Notes under the pieces: generated by a model | Databases searched by the model: none | The model's input: only the letters and a program-made list of their open reading frames with translations | What the model was told of the DNA's origin: nothing | Source: Promethearchaeota archaeon | GTDB taxonomy: Archaea; Asgardarchaeota; Hermodarchaeia; Hermodarchaeales; Hermodarchaeaceae | DNA length: 49,171 bases | NCBI GenBank assembly: GCA_048939625.1 | Contig: JBHLPH010000015.1 | Coordinates: 1-49,171, forward strand | Direction: 5' to 3' | Translations under genes and position numbers: made by a program | In this document: positions 48,380 through 49,171 of the stretch, one piece after another | Layout of the letters: each line of letters starts with the position of its first letter | Position numbering within the stretch: position 1 is the first letter of the stretch

Positions 48380-48808
48380 ATGACCAAAAAGAATTGGGAA
48401 CCCAAAATTGTCTGCTTCGCCTGTCGCTGGTGCAGCTACGCCGGAGCTGACATGGCAGGAACCTCCCGAATCCAATACCCACCCAACGCCCGAGTCATCC
48501 GCGTCAACTGCAGCGGACGTGTAGACCCCCAATTCATCCTACGCGCCCTCAAACTAACCGCTGATGGTGTCCTTATTGCAGGCTGCCACTTTGGCGACTG
48601 TCACTATGTCTCAGGCAACTACCAAACCTCGCGCCGCATTGCCCTACTCAAAGAGTACCTCAAAGAAATTGGCCTCGAACCTGAAAGACTTCGCCTCGAA
48701 TGGATCTCCGCCGCAGAAGGGAACAAATTCGCGGAGACCATGAAGTCATTCATAAATCAAATTAAGCTTTTAGGACCCAATCCGCTAGCTAACGGAGGAA
48801 CCGAATAA
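48380..48808 (+). CDS. mvhD: F420-non-reducing hydrogenase [2Fe-2S] subunit MvhD
   Basis: CRWCSYAGAD, CSGRVD, GCHFGDCHY, WISAAEG. Confidence 0.96.
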   Translation: MTKKNWEPKIVCFACRWCSYAGADMAGTSRIQYPPNARVIRVNCSGRVDPQFILRALKLTADGVLIAGCHFGDCHYVSGNYQTSRRIALLKEYLKEIGLEPERLRLEWISAAEGNKFAETMKSFINQIKLLGPNPLANGGTE

Positions 48809-48809
48809 C

Positions 48810-49171
48810 ATGACCAAACCAAGTCTCGCAGTAGAAACGCTCAGCATCTGTTCTGGCTGTGAAATCGCCATTCTCGACTTACACGCGGCACTCGTTGATG
48901 TCCTCGATGCCATTGACATCAAATACATCCAAGTCCTCATGGACCACCGCGAACCACCTAAAGAAGGCGTCACTGTCGGATTTGTCTCTGGTGGTGTTCG
49001 CAACGAAGAACATCTTGAACGCCTCAAGATGCTCCGCGAACGCAGTCAAATCCTTGTCGCATTCGGGGCATGTAGCGCTTTCGGCGGCATTCCTGGTCTT
49101 GCCAATCTCTCCACTAAAGACGAACTCATGGAAGAAGTTTACATCAATACCAAGTCCACCGTCAACCCCAA
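48810..49171 (+). CDS. mvhG: [NiFe] group 3c hydrogenase small subunit MvhG (partial, runs off window)
   Basis: Manual translation MTKPSLAVETLSICSGCEIAILD...GGVRNEEH...VAFGACSAFGGIPGLAN; GGAGG SD. Confidence 0.92.
   Translation, partial: MTKPSLAVETLSICSGCEIAILDLHAALVDVLDAIDIKYIQVLMDHREPPKEGVTVGFVSGGVRNEEHLERLKMLRERSQILVAFGACSAFGGIPGLANLSTKDELMEEVYINTKSTVNP

Noticed and set aside
1-49171. CRISPR arrays, transposases, integrases, defence systems, rRNA; integration scars at the two tRNA 3' ends
   Set aside because: No repeat-spacer periodicity, recombinase motifs or duplicated tRNA 3' ends were seen by eye.

Overview
Gene-dense archaeal core-genome window. Asgard affiliation is inferred from eL38, a longin+winged-helix protein, a presenilin-like protease, a eukaryote-like STT3 and a large Ig-repeat surface protein. 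It carries conserved information-processing clusters (METTL5-csl4-rpo11-RNase III-like-tfs; eIF5A-dhs-srp54-trmY-like-pus10-eL21-rpo4-DUF655-ksgA-hemK; nob1-Zn finger-EF1B-cdc48; RPA3-PCNA-priL-priS-GINS-eL42-eS27-aIF2a-nop10), plus sucCD, enolase, gcvH, and an energy operon in which korDABC sits between hdrCB and hdrA-mvhD-mvhG. The standout is hidden in the apparent intergenic region 40408-40594: a tRNA-Leu(CAA) gene broken into five exons by FOUR bulge-helix-bulge (BHB) introns (positions 8/9, 30/31, 37/38, 59/60), preceded by a structured leader carrying a second copy of the acceptor strand. A second tRNA, Val(CAC), has an intron whose BHB register fits 36/37. priS and korB lack any ATG/GTG/TTG upstream of their conserved N-termini, implying non-canonical initiation. 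Several genes missing from the ORF track were recovered by reading the sequence (surface protein, eL40, DUF1610 Zn finger, nop10, mvhG). No mobile elements, CRISPR arrays or rRNA were seen. All calls rest on motif recognition and manual base-pairing, not database searches.
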